From a virus (taxonomy: Duplodnaviria > Caudoviricetes): DNA of 25,348 bases. The notes below the pieces were generated by a model. The model was not told the origin of the DNA and did no database searches. It was given only the letters and a program-made list of their open reading frames with translations. The position numbers were made by a program, and so were the translations under genes. Below are positions 7,789-18,702 of the stretch, in pieces (positions within the stretch are counted from its first letter, which is position 1; each line of letters opens with the position of its first letter). The stretch covers positions 1-25,348 of the IMG/VR virus record IMGVR_UViG_3300024291_000025. One strand, 5' to 3'.

Positions 7789-8624
7789 TGGCTTTATCAT
7801 CACAAATATCAGCTATAGTAGCAGGTCAGATAGGTAGTATCGAAGGAGAACTAGAAGCTAAAATACAGCTTGAAGCTAATAAAATGTTAGGGAAGTTCTC
7901 AAACCAATGCCCAGATAGTAAAGCATTGGTAGGAATAATTAACACAAAGAATAACCTACTATCAGGAGTAAACAACTTTCAAAAAAGATCCAATAAATTT
8001 CTTAAATTAGCAAGAAACTTAAGAAGGGCGATTAGAGCAGCAAAAGCTATACTAAGGTTCCTTAAAGTAAATCCTACACCAGTCGCTACTGGAATACCAC
8101 CAAGTGATTATGGAGGATTAATATCAGCTAAAACAGCTGGAAATTTAACATCTTTAGCAGACAGGCTTTACAATATACGGCGCTTACTAGAAAATTTAGA
8201 CGGAGATGTTTCTTCTATAGAAGACTTAGTAGCAGGAGTAGGACCGAGTTTAAGCAATATTAAAGAGGTTCTCTCCAATGTAAATGATAAAGCAGAACAG
8301 TGTATAGAGGATTTATCATCTGGTATGAAAACAGATGAAGAAAAGAAAGCGTTAAGAGAATTACTAGATAAAATACAACCTCTAGAGAATACCGGCTCAG
8401 AAGGAACTCCTAATGAGGACTACCTTTTTAAATCGGATTCAGGTAAAGCCTATAAGCTTGCAATAATAGAAGATACTAAAGGAGATGGACCTGTTCCAAG
8501 AAGATTAGCTGTAGCAAAAGATAACCTAGGTGTAATAGTACTTAGAGGACAGCCATCATTTAGCTCCGATACAGCAGTACTCCTCGCAGAATTAAAATTT
8601 AGAATAAACAACCAACTTCCATAA
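7788..8624 (+). CDS. hypothetical protein, probably virion-associated
   Basis: 278 aa ORF translationally coupled within the baseplate operon. Confidence 0.7.
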   Translation: MALSSQISAIVAGQIGSIEGELEAKIQLEANKMLGKFSNQCPDSKALVGIINTKNNLLSGVNNFQKRSNKFLKLARNLRRAIRAAKAILRFLKVNPTPVATGIPPSDYGGLISAKTAGNLTSLADRLYNIRRLLENLDGDVSSIEDLVAGVGPSLSNIKEVLSNVNDKAEQCIEDLSSGMKTDEEKKALRELLDKIQPLENTGSEGTPNEDYLFKSDSGKAYKLAIIEDTKGDGPVPRRLAVAKDNLGVIVLRGQPSFSSDTAVLLAELKFRINNQLP

Positions 8625-8630
8625 ACTAAC

Positions 8631-8638
8631 TATTTATA
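8631..8638 (+). promoter_or_regulatory. putative late promoter motif TATTTATA
   Basis: Motif fills a 17-nt intergenic gap. Confidence 0.5.
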
Positions 8639-8641
8639 ATT

Positions 8642-9064
8642 ATGAAACTCGATCAATTAAGAAACATCATACGAGAAGAAGTCAGATCAGCTGTTAAGGA
8701 AGAGTTACAAGAAGTAATGAACGAAGCAGTTAAAGCAGCAAGTACACCAACATTTACTGCTGCTCCAGGTAAGGCAATTCAAGTAGAAAAACAAACACCT
8801 ACATCAACTAATCCATTAATGGAGATGTTAGAGCAGACAAAAGCAAGTATGTCACCTGAAGAATATAAAAATATATACGCAGGAACATCAGATATGGTTC
8901 AAAAACCTAATTTTGCAACATCTATGGCTAACCAAATGGGAATGACACATTCTAACGGTAAAGCTCCAGGCTTAGATATATCTAAGTTTGATTTTGTACA
9001 AAAAGCAGGTTCAGTTTATAATAAGTCTATAGAGAAAGATAAGCAAAAACACGGAGTAGCATAA
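8642..9064 (+). CDS. hypothetical protein (140 aa)
   Basis: N-terminal MKLDQLRNIIREEVRSAVKEEL helix. Confidence 0.75.
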   Translation: MKLDQLRNIIREEVRSAVKEELQEVMNEAVKAASTPTFTAAPGKAIQVEKQTPTSTNPLMEMLEQTKASMSPEEYKNIYAGTSDMVQKPNFATSMANQMGMTHSNGKAPGLDISKFDFVQKAGSVYNKSIEKDKQKHGVA

Positions 9065-9066
9065 TT

Positions 9067-9477
9067 ATGGCATTTAATAGCAGAAGAATTAATCCATTAG
9101 ATTTACAACCAAGAAAAGCGATAGGAGTATCCCTACCTCTATCAGGACAAGCTGTATTTAATTCAACATACGTTACAAAAGACGCTATTAGAACAAACCT
9201 AATTAACTACTTTCTTACAGGGCAAGGAGAACGGTATATGAACCCAAGCTTCGGAACAATACTTAGGAACTTAATGTTCGAAAATATAAACCAAGGAATG
9301 GTGGATAGAATTAAAAATACAGTTAGAGCTGGGTTATCTGAATATTTTCCAACAGTAGTACCTGTAGATTTTAGAGTTGAAGCTGAACCAGATTCAAACA
9401 TAGTTACGTTATTACTTAAATATGCTATCCAGAATACAAACATTGAAGATGAGGTAGTAATAAATTTTGAACAATAA
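9067..9477 (+). CDS. baseplate wedge subunit, gp25/GPW-like
   Basis: AIRTNLINYFLTGQGERYMNPSFGTILRNLMFE signature. Confidence 0.85.
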   Translation: MAFNSRRINPLDLQPRKAIGVSLPLSGQAVFNSTYVTKDAIRTNLINYFLTGQGERYMNPSFGTILRNLMFENINQGMVDRIKNTVRAGLSEYFPTVVPVDFRVEAEPDSNIVTLLLKYAIQNTNIEDEVVINFEQ

Positions 9478-11303
9478 TGGCAGAAATTAGAGATATAAAA
9501 TACGTAGCAAGAGAGTTTTCGGATTATAAGCAAGAATTAGTAGAGTTTGCGAAAAACTACTTTCCAGACTCATACAACGACTTCTCACCAACATCACCTG
9601 GAATGATGTTTATAGAAATGGCTGCCTATGTTGGAGATATCCTTTCATTCTACCAAGACACCCAACTTCAAGAAACTTTCCTACAATACGCTAAAGAACC
9701 TGGTAACCTATACTCAATGGCTTATATGATGGGATATAGACCTAAAGTGACTAATGCCTCAGAGGTAGAATTAACAGTATCTCAAAACATCGGTGCAAAT
9801 CCTACAACAAACGAACCAAATTGGGACCAGGCACTAGTAGTTAGCGAAAACACAACAATAACTTCAACCGCTAAAGGACGAGCAAATTTCTTTATAGAAA
9901 ATAAAATTGATTTTAATTTTTCTAGTTCCTACGATCCTACTGATATTGTAATAAGTCAAATTACTGCAGGAATACCATCAGAATTTACTTTATCAAAAAA
10001 AGTAAAAGCTTTTTCAGGAACAGTCAGGTCAACATCTCAAACGTTTTCAACAGCAGAGAAGTTTACAACAATAACGATAGAAGATTCAAATATTATTGGA
10101 GTATTGGATATTACAGACGATACTAGTGATGATATGACTACATGGTATGAAGTACCATATTTAGGACAAGATAGTGTGTTCATAGAACAAACAAATATAA
10201 ACTCAGACATAGATAAAGTCCCTAACTCTATACTATTACAGAAGGTTCCTAAGAGGTTTGTATCTAGGTTTAATTCCAATGGCCACTTAGAAATACAATT
10301 CGGTGCAGGAACAGTAGGAGCAGATGATAATACATTTACACCAGACCCTACTAATGTAGGAATGGGAACTTTACAAGGAATATCAACAATAGATAGAGCA
10401 TACGATCCATCTAACTTTCTATACACCGGTACATACGGATTAGCACCTTCTAATACAACCTTAACAATAAGATACATAGTAGGAGGAGGGGTTGAAGCTA
10501 ACGTACCTGCTAATACATTAACAGGATATAACGCAACAGTAACAGCAGTTGATAATGAATATGAATCAACTTTAAGCTTTAATAACTTACTTGCAGCTAC
10601 AGGTGGAAAAGATGGCGATACAATCGAAGAAATACGTCAAAACACTCTTAGAGCATTTTCAGAGCAAAAAAGAACCGTGACCCTTCAAGATTATACTGTT
10701 AGAGCACTCTCTTTAGACCCTAAGTTTGGTACTATAGCTAAAGCATTCGTAACACACGATGAACTAAACAGCACAAAATCCTCAACAGATTCAATTATAG
10801 ACAGTAATCCATTAGCGTTATCTCTGTACGTTCTAGCATACAACAACGATAAACACTTAATTACAGCAACTGAAACACTAAAAAATAACTTAAAGACGTA
10901 TATGGCATATTATATGCCGTTAACAGATGCACTGAATATAAAAGATGCATTTGTAGTAAACATAGGAGTTAATTTTGACATACTAGTAAGACCTAATTTT
11001 AATAGTAGGGACGTACTCCTAAAGTGTAATAATGCACTTCAAGACTTCTTTAAGATAACTAAATGGAACATAAATCAACCTATTAACGTATCTACAATAT
11101 ACAGCTTATTAGATAAGGTAACAGGTGTACAGACAGTTAGTAAGGTAGAAGTAGTAAACAAACAAGGAGGTAAATACTCAGAGTACGCTTACGATATAAA
11201 AGGAGCAACTAGAAATAACGTTATATATCCATCGTACGATACAATGATATTTGAATTAAAATATGCGAACGAAGATATAAAAGGAAGAACAACAGTATTA
11301 TAA
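9477..11303 (+). CDS. baseplate wedge protein, T4 gp6 / baseplate J-like
   Basis: EFSDYKQEL...YNDFS...GMMFIEMAAYVGDILSFYQD, AATGGKDGDTIEEIR and RTVTLQDY motifs; follows the gp25-like gene. Confidence 0.85.
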   Translation: MAEIRDIKYVAREFSDYKQELVEFAKNYFPDSYNDFSPTSPGMMFIEMAAYVGDILSFYQDTQLQETFLQYAKEPGNLYSMAYMMGYRPKVTNASEVELTVSQNIGANPTTNEPNWDQALVVSENTTITSTAKGRANFFIENKIDFNFSSSYDPTDIVISQITAGIPSEFTLSKKVKAFSGTVRSTSQTFSTAEKFTTITIEDSNIIGVLDITDDTSDDMTTWYEVPYLGQDSVFIEQTNINSDIDKVPNSILLQKVPKRFVSRFNSNGHLEIQFGAGTVGADDNTFTPDPTNVGMGTLQGISTIDRAYDPSNFLYTGTYGLAPSNTTLTIRYIVGGGVEANVPANTLTGYNATVTAVDNEYESTLSFNNLLAATGGKDGDTIEEIRQNTLRAFSEQKRTVTLQDYTVRALSLDPKFGTIAKAFVTHDELNSTKSSTDSIIDSNPLALSLYVLAYNNDKHLITATETLKNNLKTYMAYYMPLTDALNIKDAFVVNIGVNFDILVRPNFNSRDVLLKCNNALQDFFKITKWNINQPINVSTIYSLLDKVTGVQTVSKVEVVNKQGGKYSEYAYDIKGATRNNVIYPSYDTMIFELKYANEDIKGRTTVL

Positions 11304-11304
11304 T

Positions 11305-12438
11305 ATGGCAATTTACAGAATATTTCCAGAGAAAGACACATTCATATATACAGAGCAACTAACAAGTAATGCTGGTAAAGATGAAATAATAGAAATCGCA
11401 GGGTACCCTGGAACCTTAGATGGTACAGGACAAGCAAGTCGAATATTAACTAAATTCTCTAGTGAAGAAATAGACGATATAATACTAAATAAAGTCACAC
11501 CAGCAGCTCTAAACTCTATGAGCTCTAGTATCAAACTATACCTTGCTAGCGCAACAGAACTACCCGTAGAATACACCTTATACGCATACCCAATACACAC
11601 TAACGGCTCATCAGATTGGGATAACGGTACCGGGAAATTCGGTGATATACCTATAAATTTATCAGGAGCAAATTGGACTTATAGAAAAGCTAATTTACAA
11701 GCATCTTGGAATACATCAAACTTTACTCAATATACGACAGCATCTTTCATTGAAGGAAAAGAAGGAGGAGGTAACTGGTATACAGCATCTAACGGAGAGT
11801 CAATGGAATTTTTCCAATCTCACAGTATGTCATCAACACATGATATGGATATAAACGTTACACCTGCTATTAAACAGATGTACAGTTCTGATTTAGAAAA
11901 CAAAGGATTTATAATTAAGCTTCAAAAAGAATACGAACACAGTGTAGATTCAGCTATAAAACTTAAATACTTCGGTAAAGATACTAATACAATTTACCCA
12001 CCCGTATTAGAATTCGGTTGGGATGATAGGGTGTTTGACCAGGGTACGTTACCTTTATTAGATACCGATATGTCTGTAATTGACGTAAAAAACAACAGAG
12101 GTGAATACGCAGATGTAGGAAAACAGAGATTTAGAATTACAGCTAAGCCTCAATATCCAACTAGAACTTTTACAACATCATCTGTATACCTTAACAACTA
12201 CGTACTACCTTCAGCATCGTACTGGGGATTGAGAGATGAAAACACAGAAGAAATGGTAATTGATTTTAGCACAGATTTTACTAAGATTAGTTGTGATCCT
12301 GAAGGATCCTTCTTCGACATTTACATGGATGGGTTGCAACCTGAGAGATTTTATCGTATATTAGTAAAGACAGAGATTAAAGGCAGTGACGTTGTGGTAG
12401 ATAATCGTAATATCTTTAAAATTGTACGAAATGGCTAA
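11305..12438 (+). CDS. virion structural protein, possible DNRLRE-like beta domain
   Basis: IFPEKDTFIY...SRILTKF...NKGFIIK...PVLEF pattern; position in the baseplate module. Confidence 0.5.
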   Translation: MAIYRIFPEKDTFIYTEQLTSNAGKDEIIEIAGYPGTLDGTGQASRILTKFSSEEIDDIILNKVTPAALNSMSSSIKLYLASATELPVEYTLYAYPIHTNGSSDWDNGTGKFGDIPINLSGANWTYRKANLQASWNTSNFTQYTTASFIEGKEGGGNWYTASNGESMEFFQSHSMSSTHDMDINVTPAIKQMYSSDLENKGFIIKLQKEYEHSVDSAIKLKYFGKDTNTIYPPVLEFGWDDRVFDQGTLPLLDTDMSVIDVKNNRGEYADVGKQRFRITAKPQYPTRTFTTSSVYLNNYVLPSASYWGLRDENTEEMVIDFSTDFTKISCDPEGSFFDIYMDGLQPERFYRILVKTEIKGSDVVVDNRNIFKIVRNG

Positions 12439-12769
12439 GGAGAGAGTAAGAATAGAAAAGCAGTCATATAAAAGAAGACAAATACGTACTTCTTTAGATA
12501 CAGAGTTTAACACGTTTAAAGAAGAAGTAGAAGAAGTAGACTTAGATACAGTAGAGGAATTTTTTAGACTTTACGATAAACTATTCTTCTCTATCCCTGT
12601 AGATGGTGAAAATAACTCTCATACATACATATTGGAAAAAAGTTCGGAATTAACAGATTTTGATAAAAATACCGATGATATACAGCCACTACTTGACGAA
12701 ATAACACAGCTTAGGGAACAACTTTTAGATGCTAATCAACAAATTTTTGATTTGCAAAATCAATTATAA
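12431..12769 (+). CDS. hypothetical protein with C-terminal coiled coil (start revised from 12422)
   Basis: ATG at 12431 overlaps the previous stop; IQPLLDEITQLREQLL heptads. Confidence 0.75.
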   Translation: MAKERVRIEKQSYKRRQIRTSLDTEFNTFKEEVEEVDLDTVEEFFRLYDKLFFSIPVDGENNSHTYILEKSSELTDFDKNTDDIQPLLDEITQLREQLLDANQQIFDLQNQL

Positions 12770-12772
12770 TAT

Positions 12773-15700
12773 ATGGTAGAGATAAAATATAATATATTCG
12801 AAATAGATTCAAACAATCTACTAAGATTAGATGTTGTCTCTGACGAAAACTTAAAAAGCTACTTAGAAGAAGTTACAGTACCGGGTACTTTTATACCAAA
12901 TGAGGATTTTATTGAACTGTCTTACTATACGTTAGACAATACACAGCTCCTATCTGTAAACAACTATACTAGGTACTCGGTATTATCAGGTGACTCTAAA
13001 ACATCAGTTCAGGGTAACTCAGAAATAGCAATAGACCCTTTAGAAGATTATAAAATATACTACAACGATAGTTCAGAAGTTAAAGCCCTCTACCATTTTT
13101 TAAGAAATCCCTTTAGAGTACAGGATACAGATTCAACATTCTCTATAGAAAGCATTTCCCCCGATAGGACAGAGCTAAGACTTATCCCTATAAGTTTAGG
13201 AGCTACAACAGTAAACCAACTAACTAGTAAATTAGAAGATAGGTTAGAAAGCTCTACCTATAATTTAGACATACATCTATACAGTAATGATGACATATTT
13301 TACCCAATTGTAAATGTAGGGTATAGGGACTTTAGAGGTACAACAGCAGTAGTTGTTAAATTAGCGGATCCTATCCCACAATCAGTTAAGGTATATAGTG
13401 TGTTTTCTATCGTAGAGAAAATATCTAATTCATTAGCTTTTGAAATTAACACAACTCTAACAGAAGAGACTCCACCAGTACCGACCCTTAGAGGTGCGAA
13501 CTTTAATATAGGAGTAGGTGAGCAGACAAATGAAGCATCAGAATACTTTAACTACAACGAGTTATTTAGTTTTCCTACAAATAATAGCAATAGGGAATTA
13601 AACTCTCTATTCAATGAAAAAGGAGCAGAACTTGGATTAGACTATTCGGAATTCAATAATTTTATCAATTTCTCATCAATAGAAGAGAGACTTAGAAACT
13701 TTAAATATAAGATTGATTTAGTCGAATCTTATCAAACAAGTTTGGATATAATAAATTCAACTGGAAATACATACAATGTAGGAGGTATAACAGGTAGTAG
13801 AGATTATTATGAAAACTTACTAGACGGAATAGTGAATAACTTTGACCACTATGAGAGAAGCCTATACTACGAAAGTGGCTCTAATTCTTGGCCAAAATCA
13901 AATAACACTAAACCATACAATAACCAACAATCATCAACACCAGAATCAACAACCTGGTACTCTGCTAGACTACAAGAAGCAGTGTTATACGATGCTCGAA
14001 ATCCAAACATACTTACCAATACTATTCCCTCGTACCTGAAGGAGGATGCAAGTAACGACCCGTACAACTTATTTATCAATATGATTGGTCAACATTTTGA
14101 TAACTTATGGGTATATACAGATGCAGTCTCAAAGAAATACGATAACGATAATAGACTAAATAGAGGGGTATCAAAAGACTTAGTAGAGGAGCTACTTAAA
14201 AATTTCGGGATTAAACTATACACTAGTAATAAATCAGCAGAAGATTTATTTAAGTACTTTATTGTGAATTCCTACGATATTAGCGATGAATATTTACCAT
14301 CAGGAATTATAGATTCAGGAGAACAGCCTTTATCTCAAAACGATTACCAAAAAGAAATATATAAGAGAATTTACCACAACCTACCAATTCTTCTTAAAAG
14401 TAAAGGAACAGAAAGAGGTTTAAGAGCATTGATAAACTGTTTTGGAATCCCTTCTGATATACTAAAAATTAAAATTTTCGGAGGACAATCGGCTTTAGAT
14501 TTACCTTATTTTGGAGGAGAGCAAGCTTGGACAGGTTCAATAGGTAAAATTAGGTTAGATAATACAGGTAGTATCGTAGAAGGAAACACACTATCTTACT
14601 ATACCGGCATAACAAGAGGAGACAGTAAATATACACAAGACCTACACAGAATTGAAGTTGGATTTTCCCCTTCTGATAATATGGATGCATATATCGTCTC
14701 TCAATCAGCAGTTTTATTCCCTGATAATCCTTTTAACATAGATGATTACATAGGAGATCCTAGAGGATATATCAGCAACATCTACCCTGATTTATACGAA
14801 TACTCTAAAATCATATTTGAAAATGTAGATTCATATGATTTAAAAGATTTTGTTAGGTTAATAAAGTTTTTCGATAACGTAGTTTTTAGAATGATCAAAG
14901 ACTTTGTTCCTGCAAGAGCAGTAACAGATACAGGTATAATTATAAAACCTCACCTACTAGAGCGATACCACGCCAAATCACCGGTTATGACATGGACAAG
15001 ACCGGAATATAGCGGCTCTATAGATACAGCATTTATCTCCGGTTCTAATGCAGGAGCATATAAAAATATAGGTATAGGATCTTACGGGAGTTTATTTAAA
15101 AGAGAATCATCAACAAGAGCTGCAAACGTTATTCAAACACCTAGAGGAAAGTATAATCGATTTGATAAAACTCATGAGGAACCGAAATTTAACGGCGAAC
15201 TTAAAAGAGCTAACATTAGAGTAACAGACGGAGAATTAAACAGAGATAATCCATTTAAGAATCTAAAATACCCTATAGTAGAGTACACAGTTCAATTTCA
15301 TAAAGATCCCGCCGACGATCTATGTTACCTAAATACATCACCCCTTGATCGCTTTCCTTTAAACCCACAAGCACCATCTGCCAATACATACCCACTTCCT
15401 ACACTGTTTACCAATGTATCAAACATTATAGACTTTAACATATTAAGGGACGGTACCGTAACACAGGTACTAGGAAGTAATGTAAGTTACGATTTTACAA
15501 ACAACAATCAATATTCGCAATACGAAATAATAGAGGTAAATGCATTCCACCCAACTATAGTAGGTTGTGAGAATACAAGGGAGGTAATATTAGTAGTATG
15601 TGATTTAACTTTTCTTGCAGATCAACTGCCGATAACACTTACACCAGATCAAAGTTATAACTTTACAAATGCAATACAAACAAGTGTTAACGAAACATTA

Positions 15701-16672
15701 GAATACACTCTCGGCGGTATAACGATACCTAACCCAAGTAACCATATAATCAACTTCGACGACTACGATAATAATTCAACTATAACACTAACTGTTAAAG
15801 ATATAAACGATCCTATAGGGTGTATTGTAACCGCAGATTTTATCTTTAGTAACTGTATACTTACAAGTCTCTACCCTAAGGCATTTGTAATTCAAGGAAA
15901 TCCACCTTATATTACCCCTCCTTTTACTTTCGCCGGAGTAACTGAAAATACTATTTTTGAATTTAGAGTAATATGGGATAACACTAGTGTATTTATATCT
16001 AATGCCCTACCACCTTTTGATGCAAATAGATTCAGCGGATGGGTACCTTACGGAGAAAACGTAGCAATTCCTGCTACATCTCTAGAAGATATAATAGATA
16101 CTAATTTCTATTCAGGAGTTAATAATGTTGTAGAACACACCGGAGCATCGCCTGATGTATACGAATATACATTTACAGGTATACAAGCCCATATTGACAA
16201 CAATAGTACCCATAGTCGATTCCATAAGTTCCGTGTACAGTTCAGAGCAACATCACCAGGTAACAACTGTACAACAATCTCACAGAACCTCCACGTACTA
16301 AGCGGCACTGCTACAAACACAACTACCGAATACTATGAAATAATAGATGCATTTTATGCTCCTACTTCAGCAGGAACTAATCAACAAAATAACAGTATAT
16401 GCTGTGAAAACAACAACGCACAGATCTATTTAGGTTACTATCAAACACTAGCAGCCTGTTATAACGATGCTGACGCAACTACAGGAATACCTACTCAAAA
16501 ACCTTACTCTTCACCACCGACCGCTGCTGGTGAGTACGGCACTCTTGCCCCACAAGGGTACTACACTACAGGTAATAAGTATTGCCACTGGTCTTTAACT
16601 GGAGGAGGTACTAATGGATTTTGGGGGGATGTACGAAATTGTACAAATACAAATAATCAATTTTGTAATTAA
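12773..16672 (+). CDS. large baseplate wedge / tail-associated structural protein (1299 aa)
   Basis: LLKSKGTERGLRALINCFG motif typical of gp7/P2 gpI-like wedge proteins; Cys- and Thr-rich C-terminal domains. Confidence 0.6.
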   Translation: MVEIKYNIFEIDSNNLLRLDVVSDENLKSYLEEVTVPGTFIPNEDFIELSYYTLDNTQLLSVNNYTRYSVLSGDSKTSVQGNSEIAIDPLEDYKIYYNDSSEVKALYHFLRNPFRVQDTDSTFSIESISPDRTELRLIPISLGATTVNQLTSKLEDRLESSTYNLDIHLYSNDDIFYPIVNVGYRDFRGTTAVVVKLADPIPQSVKVYSVFSIVEKISNSLAFEINTTLTEETPPVPTLRGANFNIGVGEQTNEASEYFNYNELFSFPTNNSNRELNSLFNEKGAELGLDYSEFNNFINFSSIEERLRNFKYKIDLVESYQTSLDIINSTGNTYNVGGITGSRDYYENLLDGIVNNFDHYERSLYYESGSNSWPKSNNTKPYNNQQSSTPESTTWYSARLQEAVLYDARNPNILTNTIPSYLKEDASNDPYNLFINMIGQHFDNLWVYTDAVSKKYDNDNRLNRGVSKDLVEELLKNFGIKLYTSNKSAEDLFKYFIVNSYDISDEYLPSGIIDSGEQPLSQNDYQKEIYKRIYHNLPILLKSKGTERGLRALINCFGIPSDILKIKIFGGQSALDLPYFGGEQAWTGSIGKIRLDNTGSIVEGNTLSYYTGITRGDSKYTQDLHRIEVGFSPSDNMDAYIVSQSAVLFPDNPFNIDDYIGDPRGYISNIYPDLYEYSKIIFENVDSYDLKDFVRLIKFFDNVVFRMIKDFVPARAVTDTGIIIKPHLLERYHAKSPVMTWTRPEYSGSIDTAFISGSNAGAYKNIGIGSYGSLFKRESSTRAANVIQTPRGKYNRFDKTHEEPKFNGELKRANIRVTDGELNRDNPFKNLKYPIVEYTVQFHKDPADDLCYLNTSPLDRFPLNPQAPSANTYPLPTLFTNVSNIIDFNILRDGTVTQVLGSNVSYDFTNNNQYSQYEIIEVNAFHPTIVGCENTREVILVVCDLTFLADQLPITLTPDQSYNFTNAIQTSVNETLEYTLGGITIPNPSNHIINFDDYDNNSTITLTVKDINDPIGCIVTADFIFSNCILTSLYPKAFVIQGNPPYITPPFTFAGVTENTIFEFRVIWDNTSVFISNALPPFDANRFSGWVPYGENVAIPATSLEDIIDTNFYSGVNNVVEHTGASPDVYEYTFTGIQAHIDNNSTHSRFHKFRVQFRATSPGNNCTTISQNLHVLSGTATNTTTEYYEIIDAFYAPTSAGTNQQNNSICCENNNAQIYLGYYQTLAACYNDADATTGIPTQKPYSSPPTAAGEYGTLAPQGYYTTGNKYCHWSLTGGGTNGFWGDVRNCTNTNNQFCN

Positions 16673-16691
16673 TAAAAGTAAAGATAGATAG

Positions 16692-17975
16692 ATGACAGAA
16701 TCAATATTTATAGCACTACATGCAAATCAAGGAGTTAATGTCCTTAACATACCTGGAAGACTACACCTAAACGTTAACCCAGTTGATATTAATAATTCAA
16801 ATGAAGGGATAATAACTAGTGTAATCGTACACGTAGTAGCAGAGTCAGTAGATGGAAGCACAAATAATAGCTCCGGTCAGTTAAATATCGAATCTGTACT
16901 AGAACAGGTAGAAACAATAGAATTTAATTTTAATGAAAACCATTATACGTTAGAGATAATAAGTACAACATTTTACCCCACAGGTAATCCATTCTTCTAC
17001 TTTACAATAGACCCAGTATATATAGAAGATATATACGATGCTGCTGCTTATGAAGCTAGTATAGAAAACGTAACGTTCACCCCTTACTTAGCTGACTTAG
17101 ATTTTGGATTTAGCGACTCCAATCCACTATTCAGTAACGCTTCAGAACAGAGAGAATCAATACGTATAATGGAATCTAATAGATCTGATTCTACAGTAGT
17201 ACCTAGTAATATTGACGCGCTATTGGATGAAAAAGCCGATAAAGCAACTGTACAAGATTCACTTTATTACGATACCGGTTGGTCAAATAGCAGGTACAAA
17301 GGTTCAAAAACATCTCCTACTGATAACGCAGGAATAGATCCAGCACTATCTGGACGAAGTTTTAAAGGAGAAGGCTTTTCAATAGAGACTACAACAGATT
17401 ATATATGTCAATCCGATAATAGGTTACAGCAGGATTTTTTCCATGATGGTAACACACAGTTACCAAGGTTTACATTAGGTGATACGGCAAATGAAAACGG
17501 TATTCTAACTGGTATAGCTTCTGTAGCTATACAACAGCTTGCTGGTGGAACAGAAGGAAACCCGCAAGCTGATACTACTATAAATCATACAGAAGTAGAA
17601 GAAGGAGTTATACTACCCGGAGATCTACTAACGCTAAACCCATATGGTACAATTACTCCTGTAGAGCATATGCTAGTAGTGTCGACTGGTCCAACTCTAA
17701 CCATAGTTATAAGAGATATATTTAACGCAAGAGTACCGCTAATACTAGGAGGTACCTTTCCTGATTACCAACCAGGAACTATAATACATAAAATTAGCAA
17801 GTACAATATATTTAATATAGAGCAATCAGGACAAGCTAGACTGAACAGCGTTGGAACTCAAAGAATTTATATTGAAGGAAATAATTCAATCATTAATACC
17901 AACAAAGAAGGTGTTTTAGTATCACAAAGCTTCTGCCCGGTATTTATAAACTATGTAGATTCACCTAACGGGTAA
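16692..17975 (+). CDS. hypothetical structural protein (427 aa)
   Basis: Long acidic, beta-rich ORF within the tail module. Confidence 0.7.
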   Translation: MTESIFIALHANQGVNVLNIPGRLHLNVNPVDINNSNEGIITSVIVHVVAESVDGSTNNSSGQLNIESVLEQVETIEFNFNENHYTLEIISTTFYPTGNPFFYFTIDPVYIEDIYDAAAYEASIENVTFTPYLADLDFGFSDSNPLFSNASEQRESIRIMESNRSDSTVVPSNIDALLDEKADKATVQDSLYYDTGWSNSRYKGSKTSPTDNAGIDPALSGRSFKGEGFSIETTTDYICQSDNRLQQDFFHDGNTQLPRFTLGDTANENGILTGIASVAIQQLAGGTEGNPQADTTINHTEVEEGVILPGDLLTLNPYGTITPVEHMLVVSTGPTLTIVIRDIFNARVPLILGGTFPDYQPGTIIHKISKYNIFNIEQSGQARLNSVGTQRIYIEGNNSIINTNKEGVLVSQSFCPVFINYVDSPNG

Positions 17976-18008
17976 AAAAGTATAAACCGATAAAACATTA
18001 ATATTAGA

Positions 18009-18016
18009 TATTTATA
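18009..18016 (+). promoter_or_regulatory. putative late promoter motif TATTTATA
   Basis: Intergenic, 20 nt before ATG 18037. Confidence 0.5.
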
Positions 18017-18036
18017 TAATATACAACAAATAAAAC

Positions 18037-18696
18037 ATGGGATATTTAGATAATTCAATAGTAACTGTCGATGCTATATTGACAAAAAAAGGTAGAGAAC
18101 TACTTGCAAGAGGAGACGGCTCTTTTAAAATCACACAATTCGCACTTTCTGATGATGAGATTGACTATACACTATACAATCCAGACCATCCATTAGGATC
18201 AGCTTACTACGGCCAAGCAATAGAAAACTTACCATTATTAGAAGCATTTCCTGATGAAACTCAGATAATGAAATATAAACTTACTACCCTACCAAGAGGA
18301 ACTGCAAAACTTCCAATACTAGATATAGGTTACACAGCTATAAGATTAAAGCAAGGAGCTTCTTTAGCAATTACCCCACAAACTCTCAACTACTTAGGTT
18401 CATCCCAAACCTTTGAAGCAGGAGGATATGTAGCAATCATTGCAGATGCTAGAGTTCTTCAAACATATAACGGTGTTGGAATTAACACACCAGAAGCTGA
18501 AAGACTTAATTCAACTACTACCCTAGGTACTAATGTATCTAAAACAGTAATAGGAACATCAATAAACATAACAGGAACTACAATCAACACTTTATTTGCA
18601 GGTCAGACTTCTCTTCAAACAACAATAACAGTGATAGGAAGAGATTCTGGAGCTAGAGTAACAGTACCATTAACGATTGTAAAAGTAAATAACTAA
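18037..18696 (+). CDS. baseplate/tail-fibre attachment structural protein
   Basis: AILTKKGRELLA...ITQFALSDDEIDY resembles the N-termini of tail-collar/fibre-attachment proteins. Confidence 0.5.
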   Translation: MGYLDNSIVTVDAILTKKGRELLARGDGSFKITQFALSDDEIDYTLYNPDHPLGSAYYGQAIENLPLLEAFPDETQIMKYKLTTLPRGTAKLPILDIGYTAIRLKQGASLAITPQTLNYLGSSQTFEAGGYVAIIADARVLQTYNGVGINTPEAERLNSTTTLGTNVSKTVIGTSINITGTTINTLFAGQTSLQTTITVIGRDSGARVTVPLTIVKVNN

Positions 18697-18702
18697 TAAG
18701 AT

